NCBI RefSeq assembly: GCF_000150275.1
Contig: NW_002060963.1
Span: forward strand, 917,284-981,283
Direction of reading: 5' to 3'
DNA: 64,000 nucleotides
Source: Trichoplax adhaerens
Lineage: Eukaryota > Animalia > Placozoa
Shown piece by piece: positions 14,339 through 27,700 of the stretch. The notes beneath the pieces were generated by a model. That model saw nothing but the letters and a program-made list of their open reading frames with translations. It was not told the DNA's origin and did no database searches. The first letter of the stretch is position 1. Each line of letters opens with the position of its first letter. The translations under genes and the position numbers were made by a program.

Positions 14339-14377
14339 GTTGTACCATGGACTACTAGTTATAGTCCATGGTTGTAC
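14339..14377. mobile_element. 25-bp hairpin insertion with 7-bp target-site duplication
   Basis: GTTGTAC|CATGGACTA-CTAGTTA-TAGTCCATG|GTTGTAC: perfect 9-bp inverted arms flanked by a perfect 7-bp direct repeat. Confidence 0.65.
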
Positions 14378-14825
14378 ATAGGTGTGCATAGATACACAAC
14401 TCTTTTAATAATTTCGACAATAAAATGACTTCATTTCCTTTGCTTTATAGAAACACTACACAATATTATATAAAATAAAAAATTAAACTCAAAATTCAGT
14501 TGGTCAATTGATAACTGCATTTCATTACGTGAGATTTCAATACGTATAGTCACTCCATTACAGTATATGAGTATTAATACGTACACCTCTCCTTATCTAA
14601 TTACAATATAGTCATAAATTGAACAACATTGGAAAATATTAAATGCTGAAGGAATGTTTGATTCATAAACTTATTGCACAGGATTCCATCAATTAAACAT
14701 ATTTAAAGTAGCATTTGCATAAATATCACTATAAACATTATATCATTCAGGGTCATCATACTTTACATAAGGTACCTCTGTACCTCATAACGGGATACTC
14801 AAACTAAAGATACGCAATACAACGT

Positions 14826-17691
14826 TCAGCAGTCGTAATCGTCGTCTTCATCATAACCGGTGTTGCTAGTAAGCCCAGGAAGCACCATATGTAGCGGCTC
14901 TTCTCTAGAAACATTATTACATAATTTGAGAGTGTTTACTAACTAGTGTACAAGCATGCCAACCATATAAAGTCTAAAGTCTAATTGAAAAGACGGAACA
15001 TGCTATAATACGTATTTGCTAATTACTCACTCAGCATCGTAATCATCATCATCTTCAACCTTTCTTTCATTTAATGCCACTGGAAATTCATCGGTTTTCC
15101 CCTTTCTACTAATATGTATTTTAGGTTTCGCTGTGGGTTTTGCAAAAGTTTCAGTTTGTTTACTATCGGCTACTGGCCAGTCATCAACCTCACTTCCATC
15201 CTATAATAATTTATGAAGATACGAAAGTCACTAAAGAATTCATATCAATCATCATTAGGTGCACTACAGTAGCCAACTCATGAAACTTAAAACCTCAATT
15301 CAAAAAACGCTTTCTATTTACAGTGTAGTTTGGAAAATTTTTTTCTTTACGAGGTCTACCACGCTTTTTCGGTTGTTGATATTCGCCCTGAGAACTCTGC
15401 TGAGAAGGAAGTTTACGTTTCTTTGTATTTTCTTGCGAATTTGCAGAAATTTTCTTGGCAGTTGTTATGGGTGCTTTCCTAGTAGCATTACATTCAAAAA
15501 CGTAAAATACTTCAAACCTCAGTTTGTATCATAACTTATTAATGGCTTTAAGTGTATAGTAGCCATTAATCGGTCCATTCAAGCATTAGAAAAATTGCGC
15601 TATTTTGAGATCCTTCAACAGTATCTCCAAACCTTATCGTAAAAGATTTCCTAGATTTATTAGCATCTACGTTTCCGTTATCGCTTGCTAACGACGGAAC
15701 ATTTGCTACGAATTTTTGTCCAAAATGGAATTTAGTGTAAGATTCTACACATTGTTTCCTGCGTGATAAATTGAGAAACAAAGATTTCATTTTCGATATA
15801 TCCTCTAAATACCTCGGAGAAAAGGGGAAAATGTGTATCCACACATGTATACTGCTTATAACAACGACAAATTATTACTATAATAAGACATACACATGCG
15901 AGGCGGTTAACATCCTGACCGAAAATCCTTCAGTACAGGACTCCAGCAGATCTCGTGCCATCATATCAAGTGCTTTAGCTAATAATATAATCAAGTTTCA
16001 AGATACAAGATAAATACAATTATTTGATCAATCATTTAAATGTATTGATAAGAGAGAAATGGTTATGATCCAATTGGTATATCTACGTAAGCAGTAGTAC
16101 ACAAGACATTCTTCCAAAATATCAAATATTTGACTTTAATAACTGGGTAGTATACTGTATGAAATACTATAGTTTAGCGAAGGCAAAGGTCTCGCTTTAG
16201 CATACCTATTAGTACAGGTACCGAATTGGCAATTTTTGGTATATCCTCATTGCTCTGCATCATTCTTTTGATTTTAGCCTGTAAAGATATGAATATAATA
16301 TTTATCATTGGTCCATTATATTTCGTCTTCCAATCTAGATAGCAATGTAGATGGATATTTACTGAAGTTAACTTGATATACTATCGATTAGCGCATATCA
16401 TCTATCGTCGTTGCGCTTCTTACTACGCTGTCCACTTTCGATAAAAGTATCAAGTTGCAGCCATGCAATTGAGATAATCTGATGTAGCGATTCTTTTTTT
16501 CATCTAGCAAGTATTGTAATTAATACTGTTTATCATCAATTTATGGATTACATGGTATTAACGAGAAGAGTGTCATGATGTTAAAATTTTAATTGAATTA
16601 AGACTGGTGATTACGTCTGTTCGACATTTAGAGGGTAAATGTTTGCAAGGCAAGAACAACATCTTGCATACGAGCATACCCCTGTAGCATTGACTAATAG
16701 GAGCTTTGCATACCAAAGTGACCCTTCACTTGATGATGATATTGCAATAGGGTGATGATATGTGAAGATTAGAACATTCCCTTTGGATATTGCGTTGAAG
16801 CAACTGTATTTGTACATTGCTGTACTGGATAGCATTACATTTATGCCATCTTGACTGTAGTAGCCGTCTTGTTGGTCAACTCCTTACTGTATGACTTTAT
16901 TGTTGCTGGCGTATTCAAATTTCAATATCATTTCTCCGGGTAGCATTCAGCAGTAGTAAAGTATTGTAATCGTACTTGATCCTATCAGTTTAGCAACTCG
17001 ATACTCGACATTTCCATTTTCAATTCGAAATTTCTCCGGTGAATCGGGATACCCCAAAATTACAAATAAAGAAAGATCTCTGATAACCTACTACATAATC
17101 TATTTATAAAGCTCCAACTCGAGCCATAGAAAAGCATGTATTCCGTTGATGTTGCAATAGTATCGGCGAGCATACAACGTCTATTATTCAATTGATTGAA
17201 TTAATTGTAATCTAAGCTATTCTATCCCATGGTATTATTGACTACTTCAAGGCTAGTTACTCGCTAACATTAGCAGTTGCTAAATAGGGCAAGCCTGTAC
17301 AAGTAATAGCTGACGAAGGCCATTTCCTGCTGTCACTGATGATTGTGGGCCAGACGAATGAATTAATCAATATGACACAGTAGAGTATCGTATACGTTTC
17401 CTGCGACGTCGACAGCTGCAAATGGTATGCTACACCTGTCATTGCTTGACTGCATCATACAATTTTAAAGGGTAAAATTGCCTTTTACCAGCTTTTTTCC
17501 ATGGTAAACCTATCCAGTATCCTCTATACTTCATTGTAGACACTATATGTAGACTAGGAGAGTGGCAAACTCATTGATATCCTAAGCGACTATCCACGTC
17601 TTTCATCCTCATCCTACTTCAGTCCACAGTCGTACAAGTCGTCATTGCTTACCGAGGAGAAATGAGAGCCAGACTTTTTCTTGGGCGGCAT
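14826..17691 (-). CDS. DRAP1: Dr1-associated corepressor (NC2-alpha), histone fold, 7 exons
   Basis: Exon 1 MPPKKKSGSHFSS (17653-17691); AKIKRMMQSNEDIPKIANSVPVLI; AKALDMMARDLLESCTEGFSVRMLTASHV; KQCVESYTKFHFGQKFVANVP; AT-hook KKRGRPRK; acidic C-terminus ending DEDDDYDC* (stop 14826), as in the DRAP1 EEDYDS end. Confidence 0.9.
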
Positions 17692-18105
17692 TTTCAAAGA
17701 TTAGACGTACAAGACAAGGATCAATTTTCTTCAATACTTTCCTTCAGCAATAGAATAGAGTAGGATTAAATAATAATTCATCGATTACCCTGGCGTGGCA
17801 ACTTTCCAAATCAATTTTGAAAGAGTGAAAGTTGGCCAAGGAACAACATGGAGATTGGGGCGAGCAAAACTCACCACAGTACTGTGTGCAATACGGTAGG
17901 CTGCAATTATGGGATGACTATGGATATCCACCGATGGGACACCGACTTGTATGCCAATGGCCCTTCTCGCCTATCGATGACGAATCTTGCCAAATTGTTG
18001 GTGTATTCTAATGCTTTCTACCCATGTTTGGGGTATCGAGCTGTAAGCAAGTACGGTAAAAATACAAGTGGGATGATGACGAAACAGCATCGCTGAGCCG
18101 TCATG

Positions 18106-18455
18106 GTACTGTACACTGTACACTGTGCACTGTACACTGTACAGTGTGGTGGATGATACATGATTAGAAGCAATTTCGCACTTTGCATCTGCTTGTATGG
18201 GCTATTTGCAGCATTTGGTACACAGTATAGCGGTAGTGGACCAGCGACTACTGTAGTGTACAGGGTACAGTGTACAGTGTACAGTACATTGTACCGAACC
18301 TCTGACAGGCCTAGTATTGACTATTGACTATGGCGGCTTGACTTGTACTGTACTGTACAGTACTGTATATGGGTTGCCCGTACCGGTACGCACTGCGTCC
18401 ATGAACCACTGTGTGTACTATAGAGGTACAGTACTGTAGGTGACTGCGTACTGTG
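18106..18455. promoter_or_regulatory. Cluster of ACTGTAC/GTACAGT heptamers upstream of DRAP1
   Basis: GTACTGTACACTGTACACTGTGCACTGTACACTGTACAGTGT, GTACAGTGTACAGTGTACAGTAC and TGTACTGTACTGTACAGTACTGTA in a GC-elevated region 400-750 bp upstream of the ATG. Confidence 0.5.
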
Positions 18456-19611
18456 AATAGAGAAGAGAGAGAGAGACACGCCCCCGAAACTGTGGTTAAA
18501 AACACGTCTTTGGGGCTTGCACGTTGACGGAACGGACAGACGGACTCAACTGGCAAAGATCATCGTTAGATCAATGTGGAAGGGAAAATGAACAAAATGG
18601 AAGATTCATTAGCCAAATTGAATAAAATACGTAGAAGAAAAGCTCACGTTTAATTAAAAGACCAGTGTTGCAATGGGACTGTACAATTCCAGTCAGAATG
18701 CATTGAACTCGTTGTAGACTTTGCTTACTGCCGTTTCAGTAAAGTACTTACGCGTATTCGACGAGTTCGATGCATTGTGAATGGCAAGTTGCAGCATTGG
18801 TCAAGACACATCATCTAGACAACTGCTCTGTCATTCGCTGCACTGTAGGTGAAATTTTCAGCGCATAACCAACGATCATCATCGGATTTGTACAGACTAG
18901 AATTCTACCGACATTTTGTTTCGATTTATCGATAAACATACGAAAACACAGTGGATGTCTAATCCTGTGAAAGCAGTATTTAAGCCATCTCATGGTTCAA
19001 GTAGTTTTAGACTAAAATTTCAACTAGGTCACGCATCACTATCATAACACAATAATTCATTCATTTACCAGGAAAGATATCCAAAATGCTTTTTACGAGT
19101 ATATCTCTACCAATAACAATATCAATATGCAATAACTGACTACATCATAATCTAGATCTCCCATTTTGAGCTTGATTACAGCACTGAAGGTTTTGCCAGT
19201 CAATGTTCTCACGTCAGCATCGAAATCGATCGACGGATTAAACTGAAATAAATGATATCATACGGCAGAAGAAGCTTTGTCAATAGAATCTTCTTAGTTT
19301 GATAGCTTACTACAGTTTTATTCAAATTTCCAAGAAGATGCAGCGTTTTAGATATCAGGCTTAATAAAAATCAATGCTAATGATTACAAACAAAGCAATT
19401 TAATTAAAGTACTGTATACGCTGACAGAAGTCAGCCAATGCAGTCTTGCAAGACAACCAGCCACACCAAATCAGGTCTTATACGATATAGCTTAGGAATA
19501 TCCTTCGACTTGTGAAGCGTAATGTGTCATATATCTGAATCTTAGACTTCACGAAAATGCACAACATAATGCATGCATACAGACTACAGTAATAAAACTA
19601 CTTTAAGAAAT

Positions 19612-22600
19612 TTAACGGTAAATAACGCACTGAATTAAAGCAGACATAACGAATAATAGTATTAGCATAGGTTTAATACCGCTAGCATTATTTGTACACG
19701 GAGATGTATTGCTGGCTTTTAAAAACGATATTCTACCGTCAAGGCGAGTGATTAGAGGACTTCTAGCTTGTATATAAGCAATGGAGGCATCTCGTGTCAA
19801 AAGAGTTCCTTCTCTGTGAATCACCTGTTTGTCTCGAAATACACTAAAACCTCCAAATCCTCTGCCGATATAAGACGGAGCTAGTACTTTATACATTTTA
19901 TTCCTAATGAATTGATAGAAGATTGATATTAGTACAAACTAGCTGTTATGATGATACATGCAAAAGATGTCCATAGCGGTATGAAAGAAAGTAGAGTCTA
20001 CCAATTTAAATAAGAATAATTCTTTCCTGAACGGTTTTCACCAGTAGATAAACAGTAAATAAACTACACTAACAGACTCACTTGTCCATTGGAACAAATC
20101 TTGGCACTTTACACTGAGTACAAATCACTTCTACTGAATGGACTCTTTCATTGGAAGGTTTAGCTAGATTGTATACCACCCTAAGTCCTAGACAATGAAT
20201 AAGAAAAGTTTTAAAATCTTTCCTGTCACTGTTTATGTCGTACGGTGCTATAGAAGATTACGTTAAACCTTCAGATTATTAAATGAATTCAATATTGCAA
20301 TTTTTATTTACCTGAAACTTGAAGGAATAGGCTTGATGGCTTCGATTTGTTATAATTGGCTACACCAAGTTCTAATGCCTTTATCAATATCGAGCCTGGC
20401 ATGGTTAACTCATCGATAACGTTATCATATTTAGTAATAGCGTGCATATTGGAAATAGTAATAATGCCTAGAATAAGAGCAAAAGTGTAAGGATTAGCAT
20501 ATTCTTAGCATAAATATCATTGCGTAATTTAGGAGTAGTATTTCTTAAATCATCATTTGCATAGCTACTTTTACCTGGAGGCTTGTTATCGATAGATGCT
20601 AGAATATCACCGGCCTGTAGGATTGCAATCGATGCGTTGGCCCATTGGGAGCTATCGGGAAATCTTTGAATCTCTTGCACCATAGCATCAGTGAGTAAAT
20701 TACCTATAGGGAGAGAGCGAAATACACTGTTCAATCATATTATTTTTAACTAGACCAGATTGACGGATTACTCAGCTACAACTATAGTTTTATAAAAATC
20801 TTTCTTAATATCGATTTGATGAATACTATTGATTTTCCGTCCATTTGGAAATAATTAAAGTCAAAGATTGGGTAATATTTAATAATAATTAATGCAAAAT
20901 GTCCTATAGTAATATATATTAATTGAAACCTAAAAGAGTTAGCAAAGATAGTTTAAATACATGAAATTGCTAATGCATCCTAAAGATTGAAACTATTAGT
21001 AAAGTAAATATTGACTATACATTTTCATTGGCGGTAAAAGTAATTAACTAACCCATATTGCATTCGTATAAACCACACGTAGCTCTGCTACCATCAATAT
21101 AGACATGAGATCTTCCCAATTCCTGCGCCGCAAATGCGCTGATTCCAGGCTGCCATCGTTTTACCTCTTGTTCCAAGGCTGTATCTTGTACAACGCTCTT
21201 GTCTAACAATATTGGTTTACCATTAAAGCTTGTCAGGACACCTGTAATTAATTCAGTTTTAAAAGACGATACCAATCACCTTAAAAGGATTCTTTGTTTA
21301 TAGAAAGTAAACTATAAGCTATACTTTCTCACGATTTCTTTCTAGTTTATTGGATAACTAACATATGTAGTTCATAGGATGAATTAATGAACATGTTCTA
21401 TAGAGGAAATGCTTACCACCATCATCAAATGTCAATTCTAACCGGCCAAGATATCGACCGAATTCATAAGCTTGTACTACTGGAACTATTTTATTACTTT
21501 CTGTAGCACATTCTGACTTAACAACGGTTGGATAGGGACCAGCGGGCTTATGATTAGTTGGTGGCTTGCCAGTATACAAAAAGGTGTGAGTATGAGCTCC
21601 AACAACGGCATCGATGCCGCATACTTTAGCAGCTATTTGCTGGTCAATATCGTAACCAGAATGGCCAACGGCAACAATTTTATTGATTCCTTGATTTTGT
21701 AACTCAGAAACGGCATCAGTAATAGCTTTTATTTCATCGGTAAATATCAAGGTAGGTCCAGGTCTGGAAAAATTGGGAGTATTTCTTGTTGTATAACCTA
21801 CAAATCCAATCTTTTCACCTCCCATCGTCAATATAGTATACTTGGTAAATAATTTACCGAAATCAGGATTTTTAGTGGCATCAATATTTGCGCTTATAAC
21901 TGGAAAATTAACGCCTTTCAAAAACTCGCTAAGTTTTCCCAAACCAGCATCAAATTCATGATTGCCTAATGCCTACAAAGAAAACTGGATTATTAATAAC
22001 ATGCTGTGGGTCCTAGTAATGTTCATACTTATCATATACGCATATAATTAAAGTGGCGCATTATGATAAATTGATCGACAAATGCCAATACACAAATATC
22101 TAATGACATAGATATCATTAAAAATTTTCTGTAGGAAGTTCTCCGTACAACTACTGTACGTGGCCTACACAATGAGAAGATGTACCGTATATGATTAACA
22201 ACTTAGCAGGCATTATTAGTTAATCTGTAGTTTATATCTACTAATAATTAATTTGTTAAAATCTTAAAGCAACATTTTCATTCGCAATATTAATTTCCCT
22301 AATGTGAACAAAAGCAATTACAGTTATCCTAGATTGTTTGTACTGTAGGTCAGTTGTACGTTTCGGTCTTCTTTATAGGGTGGAGAAATTTTTACGGAAA
22401 GTGGTGGGGTATGGTGAAATTTTTTCTTCAGTAGTCCCTGGTTATCCTCGATTTCAAGCGTGGCATAAAATAAGGGACGAATCGTTTAATATTGATATAA
22501 AATTGAATAATTTATATTTAAGGATATCAAATACTTTGCATAGCCATCTAGCGAAAAGTGATAAAACTGATTATAAGTAGTAATTATAGCTATTTATTTC

Positions 22601-23855
22601 AATAGCAAATTAAAGGGAAACTGTTGTATAACTCAATTAAAAAAAGAAAATTTGATTCAGATCGATAGCATTTGTAATGCGTGAGATTATTAAATGCCGA
22701 ATTTATGCAGTATAAACTTAATTTCGAAAAACACATTTTGACTATATTCGGAAGTTACTAAGGTACTAAGAATAGACTTAGTAGATGAACTCATTTGAAC
22801 ATTTGTGCCCATATTGAATTTCCTCCAAAACTCCTTTCCTTAGCGAATACTTCTCGCTAGTTGGCCCAGCGATACAAAAGTAGATTAATTTTTGTTCAGA
22901 AATAACAATTTTTATCCAATTGCTATAGCTGGATCAGGGCGAATACCGATAGAACGAAGATATACAATTTTTATCTCTTTTATAACTTCAATACTGCAAA
23001 ATAGGGAGATTTCCTTCGAAATCTAGCCTGATAGATCATCACGATTTTATCAGCATAGTTTAACAATGTTCCATCATGGTGCCATCCACTAGCAGTAAAA
23101 ACAAATATTTCAATACTAATGTAGTGTATGACATAGTCATACTCCACTAGTGTAATTGAGGAAAAATTTAGAATTACTTTTAAATTCAAGAAAGAATCAA
23201 GAATGACTTTCTTTAGGTACGTCCATATATATTTTTGGACAATGATTTAGCTGAAATCGTCAGTTTATTATCTAATTTCTATTAATATTTATTTGACGAA
23301 GTAAAGCGTGATCATGACTACTTAATGGATATAGTTGCAAAGTTTGCAATATTAATGTTGAAAATCAAATTTGTAGTGACTTATGAAGAAAATTAATTGG
23401 CTCTAATTTAAGCTAAGCTTAGTGATGCCAATTTAATTACCAATTAATGAGCTTGAAATATCCAAAGAAAATCGAGAAATTTACTGTAGATTGAAAACTT
23501 AGAAAATATAAAGTAAACTCATTTTGCTTCTTACCATCACGTCATACTTTAATAAATTCATAAAATTGCGACTGGCATTGCCTTTGTATACGTGGTACCA
23601 CATTGTACCATGAAACATATCGCCAGCATCAACAAATACGGTGTTAGCAACCTGACTTCTGATCTCCGTTACTTTTGTCATCATTCGTGCAGATCCGCCA
23701 TAGCAATTACCAGCTGATGAATCTTGCGCTGAACAAGCACCATTTGGTCCAAATTGTTCAAATCGAGTGTGGATATCATTTGTATGCAATATTGTAACAT
23801 CATAAGCGCTACTGAACGAGATTATCGTGCAAATGAGTATCACAATCATCGCCAT
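19612..23855 (-). CDS. NT5E: Ecto-5'-nucleotidase (CD73-like), signal peptide and GPI-anchor signal, 7 exons
   Basis: Signal peptide then TILHTNDIH, DAGDMFHGT, ALGNHEFD, VGHSGY, VVGAHTHTFLY, VVQAYEFGRYLGRL, ECNMGNLLTDAM, FLQVSGLRVVY, RLDGRI and a hydrophobic C-terminal tail. Exons approx. 23536-23855, 21418-21973, 21053-21242, 20575-20704, 20312-20467, 20082-20148, 19612-19903. Confidence 0.93.
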
Positions 23856-24711
23856 GTTCTCGCTTTTAAAAGTTGATGGCACTTTCAATACGACTAAGAA
23901 AAACTATAATAAAGGTTAATTCGTAGCAACTATATCTTAAATAAAATCTTTTAACAGGTATTTACTTTAATAATGTAAATTAGCCTTGACAATCTTGAGG
24001 AATCATTGTTTGCATTCTATAGAACTATCACCCAATCCGTAAGTAGCATGTTGTTTATTATTGGTAAGAGGAGGTTAGTTTATGAATCTAAATGAATCTG
24101 GTAGCCAGCTGTTACAGTATATTATTATTATAATTCGTTACGGTCAGTAGACTGTTTTATAACTGAAACATTATCCTGAGCTGAATTTATTAACTTAATA
24201 GTGGACAGTCTGAAATATTTAAACAGCAGCTAGTATGATATAGCACAATAACATCCGTTGTAGCAACTGTCCTGCAATATTATCATAATTATAATCGATG
24301 GAATTTATTTATAAGTAGAATAATCTTGTACGTCTATAGCAATGCTAACTTTCAGGTCAGTAATATTGTTTGGGCATATACATTTTATTTCAAGTTCATC
24401 TTACAGTTATTCGTCATATTACATTGTTATTGTACAGGGTAATTTAGGATCTCATGTTGAAAGATAGTTCAGGTGTTAATAAATTGTATAAAAACCGAAT
24501 GAATTCATTACAATGTCGGTCATGGATACTCCAGTAATTATATATCATCTATGTTATATAATATTAGTATTTAGTGAAGTTGAAACAGATTTATACAAAA
24601 ATGATCATTTTTAAAAAATCATTAAAATATACAAACTGGCGATCGCTAGTGAGCAGTAAAGTTTAAAGCTATTTTGGTATGAGGGCGAAGAAGAAATTTA
24701 AAATTATCTAT

Positions 24712-27700
24712 CTAACTGTGAAATACATTTCTGCCTCTGGCGCCTTGACTGCTGTGACTACCACGCTGTCCCCAACTTTTATTCTGATTTCTGTTTTGCT
24801 GACCAGTATGACCGTGCTGCCAACCCCCTATGAAAATATTAAATGCAAATACATACATAACCATTTTCTTAAACTCGATTTTATGTCGACTTATATCTTC
24901 GATAAAGGTAATGATTAGATTGTGTAAAATAACTATATCGATTTCATATCCAAAGCAATTGCTATTTTAAAATTATCAGCTTACTTCCTTGAACTCTGCC
25001 TCTTCCACCACCACTAGCACCTCCGCCTCCTAGCACAAATATCATAATTTGTTAGTAAAAACACTAGATAAAATTGATTCATCATTAAAATAATATTTTC
25101 TGAATATTAGTGTGAGAGATCTTATTCAGGGGATGATATACAGGGTTTTATGTGGAGATTCTGTTTCCAGTATAATTATATTATTGTAATGCCATTATAC
25201 CCCTGCGATTAGACGGTTCGGTTCTCTCTCTAAATTGAGGCATATCGGCTGCTGCATCGTAATCTACTCGGCCACCTCGGTCTGGAACCTGTAAAATTAA
25301 TTATAGGTAAAACATTTAAACTTTTTCGATGTCGTTTAAGCGACTAGTAATATTTAAATATAACATATTAATTTTCAAGTATTAACGGGACTAGCAATTT
25401 TACCTTTCCAATAACCACTTTGTTTACTTCAGTTTCGGTGATTGCTCGAGCAATACCGCTGCAGGTTTTACTAACTCTTAATAAATCTACAAAACGATGG
25501 AGCCATCAATTTATAATAATATAAACTGTTCATTTTGTTATTCTATTCTTTGCTAATCTCAGTTTGATTAAAACTTGTTTACAATGTATGTAAGCTATTT
25601 GCATACCTGTTCTTGCAGAAAAAAGATTAGCAATGCCAATATTACTTTCGGGTGTTAGATTTTGTCGCTGTGACGCATAAACTTCGGTAATTTCAGCTTC
25701 TTTTTCCTGATTGTAGGTAATTGGCATAAACTTCAAGTGTTATTGCCGTTCGTATAACAGTTTTATTGCGTATTATGACTTGTAAACACTCACTACCTTA
25801 ATACGATCTGCCCAATAAAAAGATTGAATAGTTACGTCTAATCTAGTTAGCAGCATTTGCTTTCTCATGGTATACTGCTTTATTAGTTCTTCGCTGATTT
25901 CATTTAATTCAGTCTAAAATTAAAAAACAGAGAATTTATTAAAAATTAAAGCACACATAGACTAGAGATAATTTCAAGTTTGTGAATAGAATCATTGGAA
26001 ATTGCAAGGAGAAAACGTCCGACGTATCATTATTAAATACTGGAAAAATTATGTCGACAATTGCGTTACCAGTTGCTGCTTTGTAAGACCCTTCGTTAAC
26101 AAAGGTTTGCCTAATGTATTGGCAGGTAGTTCATTTAACAATAATTTGACCTAGTTACAGAGCAATCAATTAAGGCATAACTTTAATGAGCGTCTTTAAA
26201 AGGCGAACATGATACAAATACCGATCGTAGTATGTATATATGCGATTTAAAAATTACCTTCCTAACACTTATGATACCGTACGTATAATTTTCGATAGCT
26301 TACTGTACTGACTATATGATATAGCAGAGATGAAATTATCAGATGTTATCCTACTACCCATCGCATACTAGCAAGATCCTAAATTTCTACCTTCGTGCTA
26401 TCTGGTGATTGATCTTACCTTCCCTAGTATTGCATTAAATATATCATTCACGGTGTCACCGGCTGGTGAAATGCCTAGGACCCTACAAATACGTTGCAAT
26501 TCCCGCTGCGCTATACCCGTTACCTCTCTCCCCTAAGTAGCGAAAAGTTAATGCCTAATTACAACAGTATCATGTTATAAGCTACTGGGACTTCTCTAAA
26601 AAGTACGCGAGCATATCGATTAAGCATACAGGAGATTCAGGATTGGTAGTTTCTGTGCTTTGCTGTTGTTGAAGAGGTGATTGATGCTGAATTATGATGG
26701 CAGCGTGCAATTCGGTACATAGATATTCTGTGATAGTAAATATAATCAAAGGTAGTTACCACGATTCAACTATAATTGGCACTAAACGACCAACAATTAT
26801 ACCACTATTAATTACATCATTATAATTGGCACCTAGCGGCTAACAATTATTGGTGGAACAAAAATTAGCCAGTTCTTTGTTTTACCTAATAGAAACATTC
26901 GTTGCTTTAATGTGGCAAAAATATCTTCTTCTTCTTGCATTAGAACATCATAGTTACATTCTATTAAAAGGGATAGATTTTTCTGATTATCTTTCTAGGC
27001 AAACCATTATAATCAAAACCATGTCCATTTTACATTTAGCGGTCCAATGACATACATATTTCTGATAGAAAAACTAGTAGGTAATTACATAGCACTGCCG
27101 ATATATCGGAAAATCCGTGAGAAATTTTAGGATGTTATGAGCTGATTGTAGTGACTATCTGATGGATACCTTTACTTAGCAAATAGGCGTTATCAATACT
27201 TAAATAAATACCTAATAGGGTTAAAAGTTGATGATAGGATCGCGATGTTGCTGTATAGTCATCATCTATTCAATTACAAGAAATTGATTTTGGATTCCGA
27301 TAAATGTTAGCATTTGGTCAATCCTTTCACTACAATTCTGACTATAATATTATTAGCTGGAGCAAGTGTAATCATAAAGTTTCTAGTTCCATTTCGGTGC
27401 TTTCATTATTTTACATCACTATGATACATAATTGTTCATGAATGCATATTTTACTTTACAATATATCCTAATCATAAGTTAATGCCTATAATTTTGTTGC
27501 CAATGTTACCAACAACATTTTAATAAGGCATGCGACTGTAAGTCTAATATTGTGATATCATGGCATCGTAGCAAAGTTATCAACGATACACGGTAATTAT
27601 AGACGAAAGTTGCAGCTGCTTAATGCGATTTCTTTTGGCGTTGATATCCAGCTTAATAGAACTAATTCATAATCTCTATACAGTACTACAGACTTACCAT

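Noticed and set aside
18700-19540. Exon-like fragments on the minus strand downstream of the NT5E stop
   Set aside because: Could not be joined into a stop-free frame or assigned to a family; may be 3' UTR or decayed sequence.
24760-24785. Suspected frameshift in the FAM98 last exon
   Set aside because: On recount the G-run keeps the frame (SWGQRGSHSSQGARGRNVFHS*).
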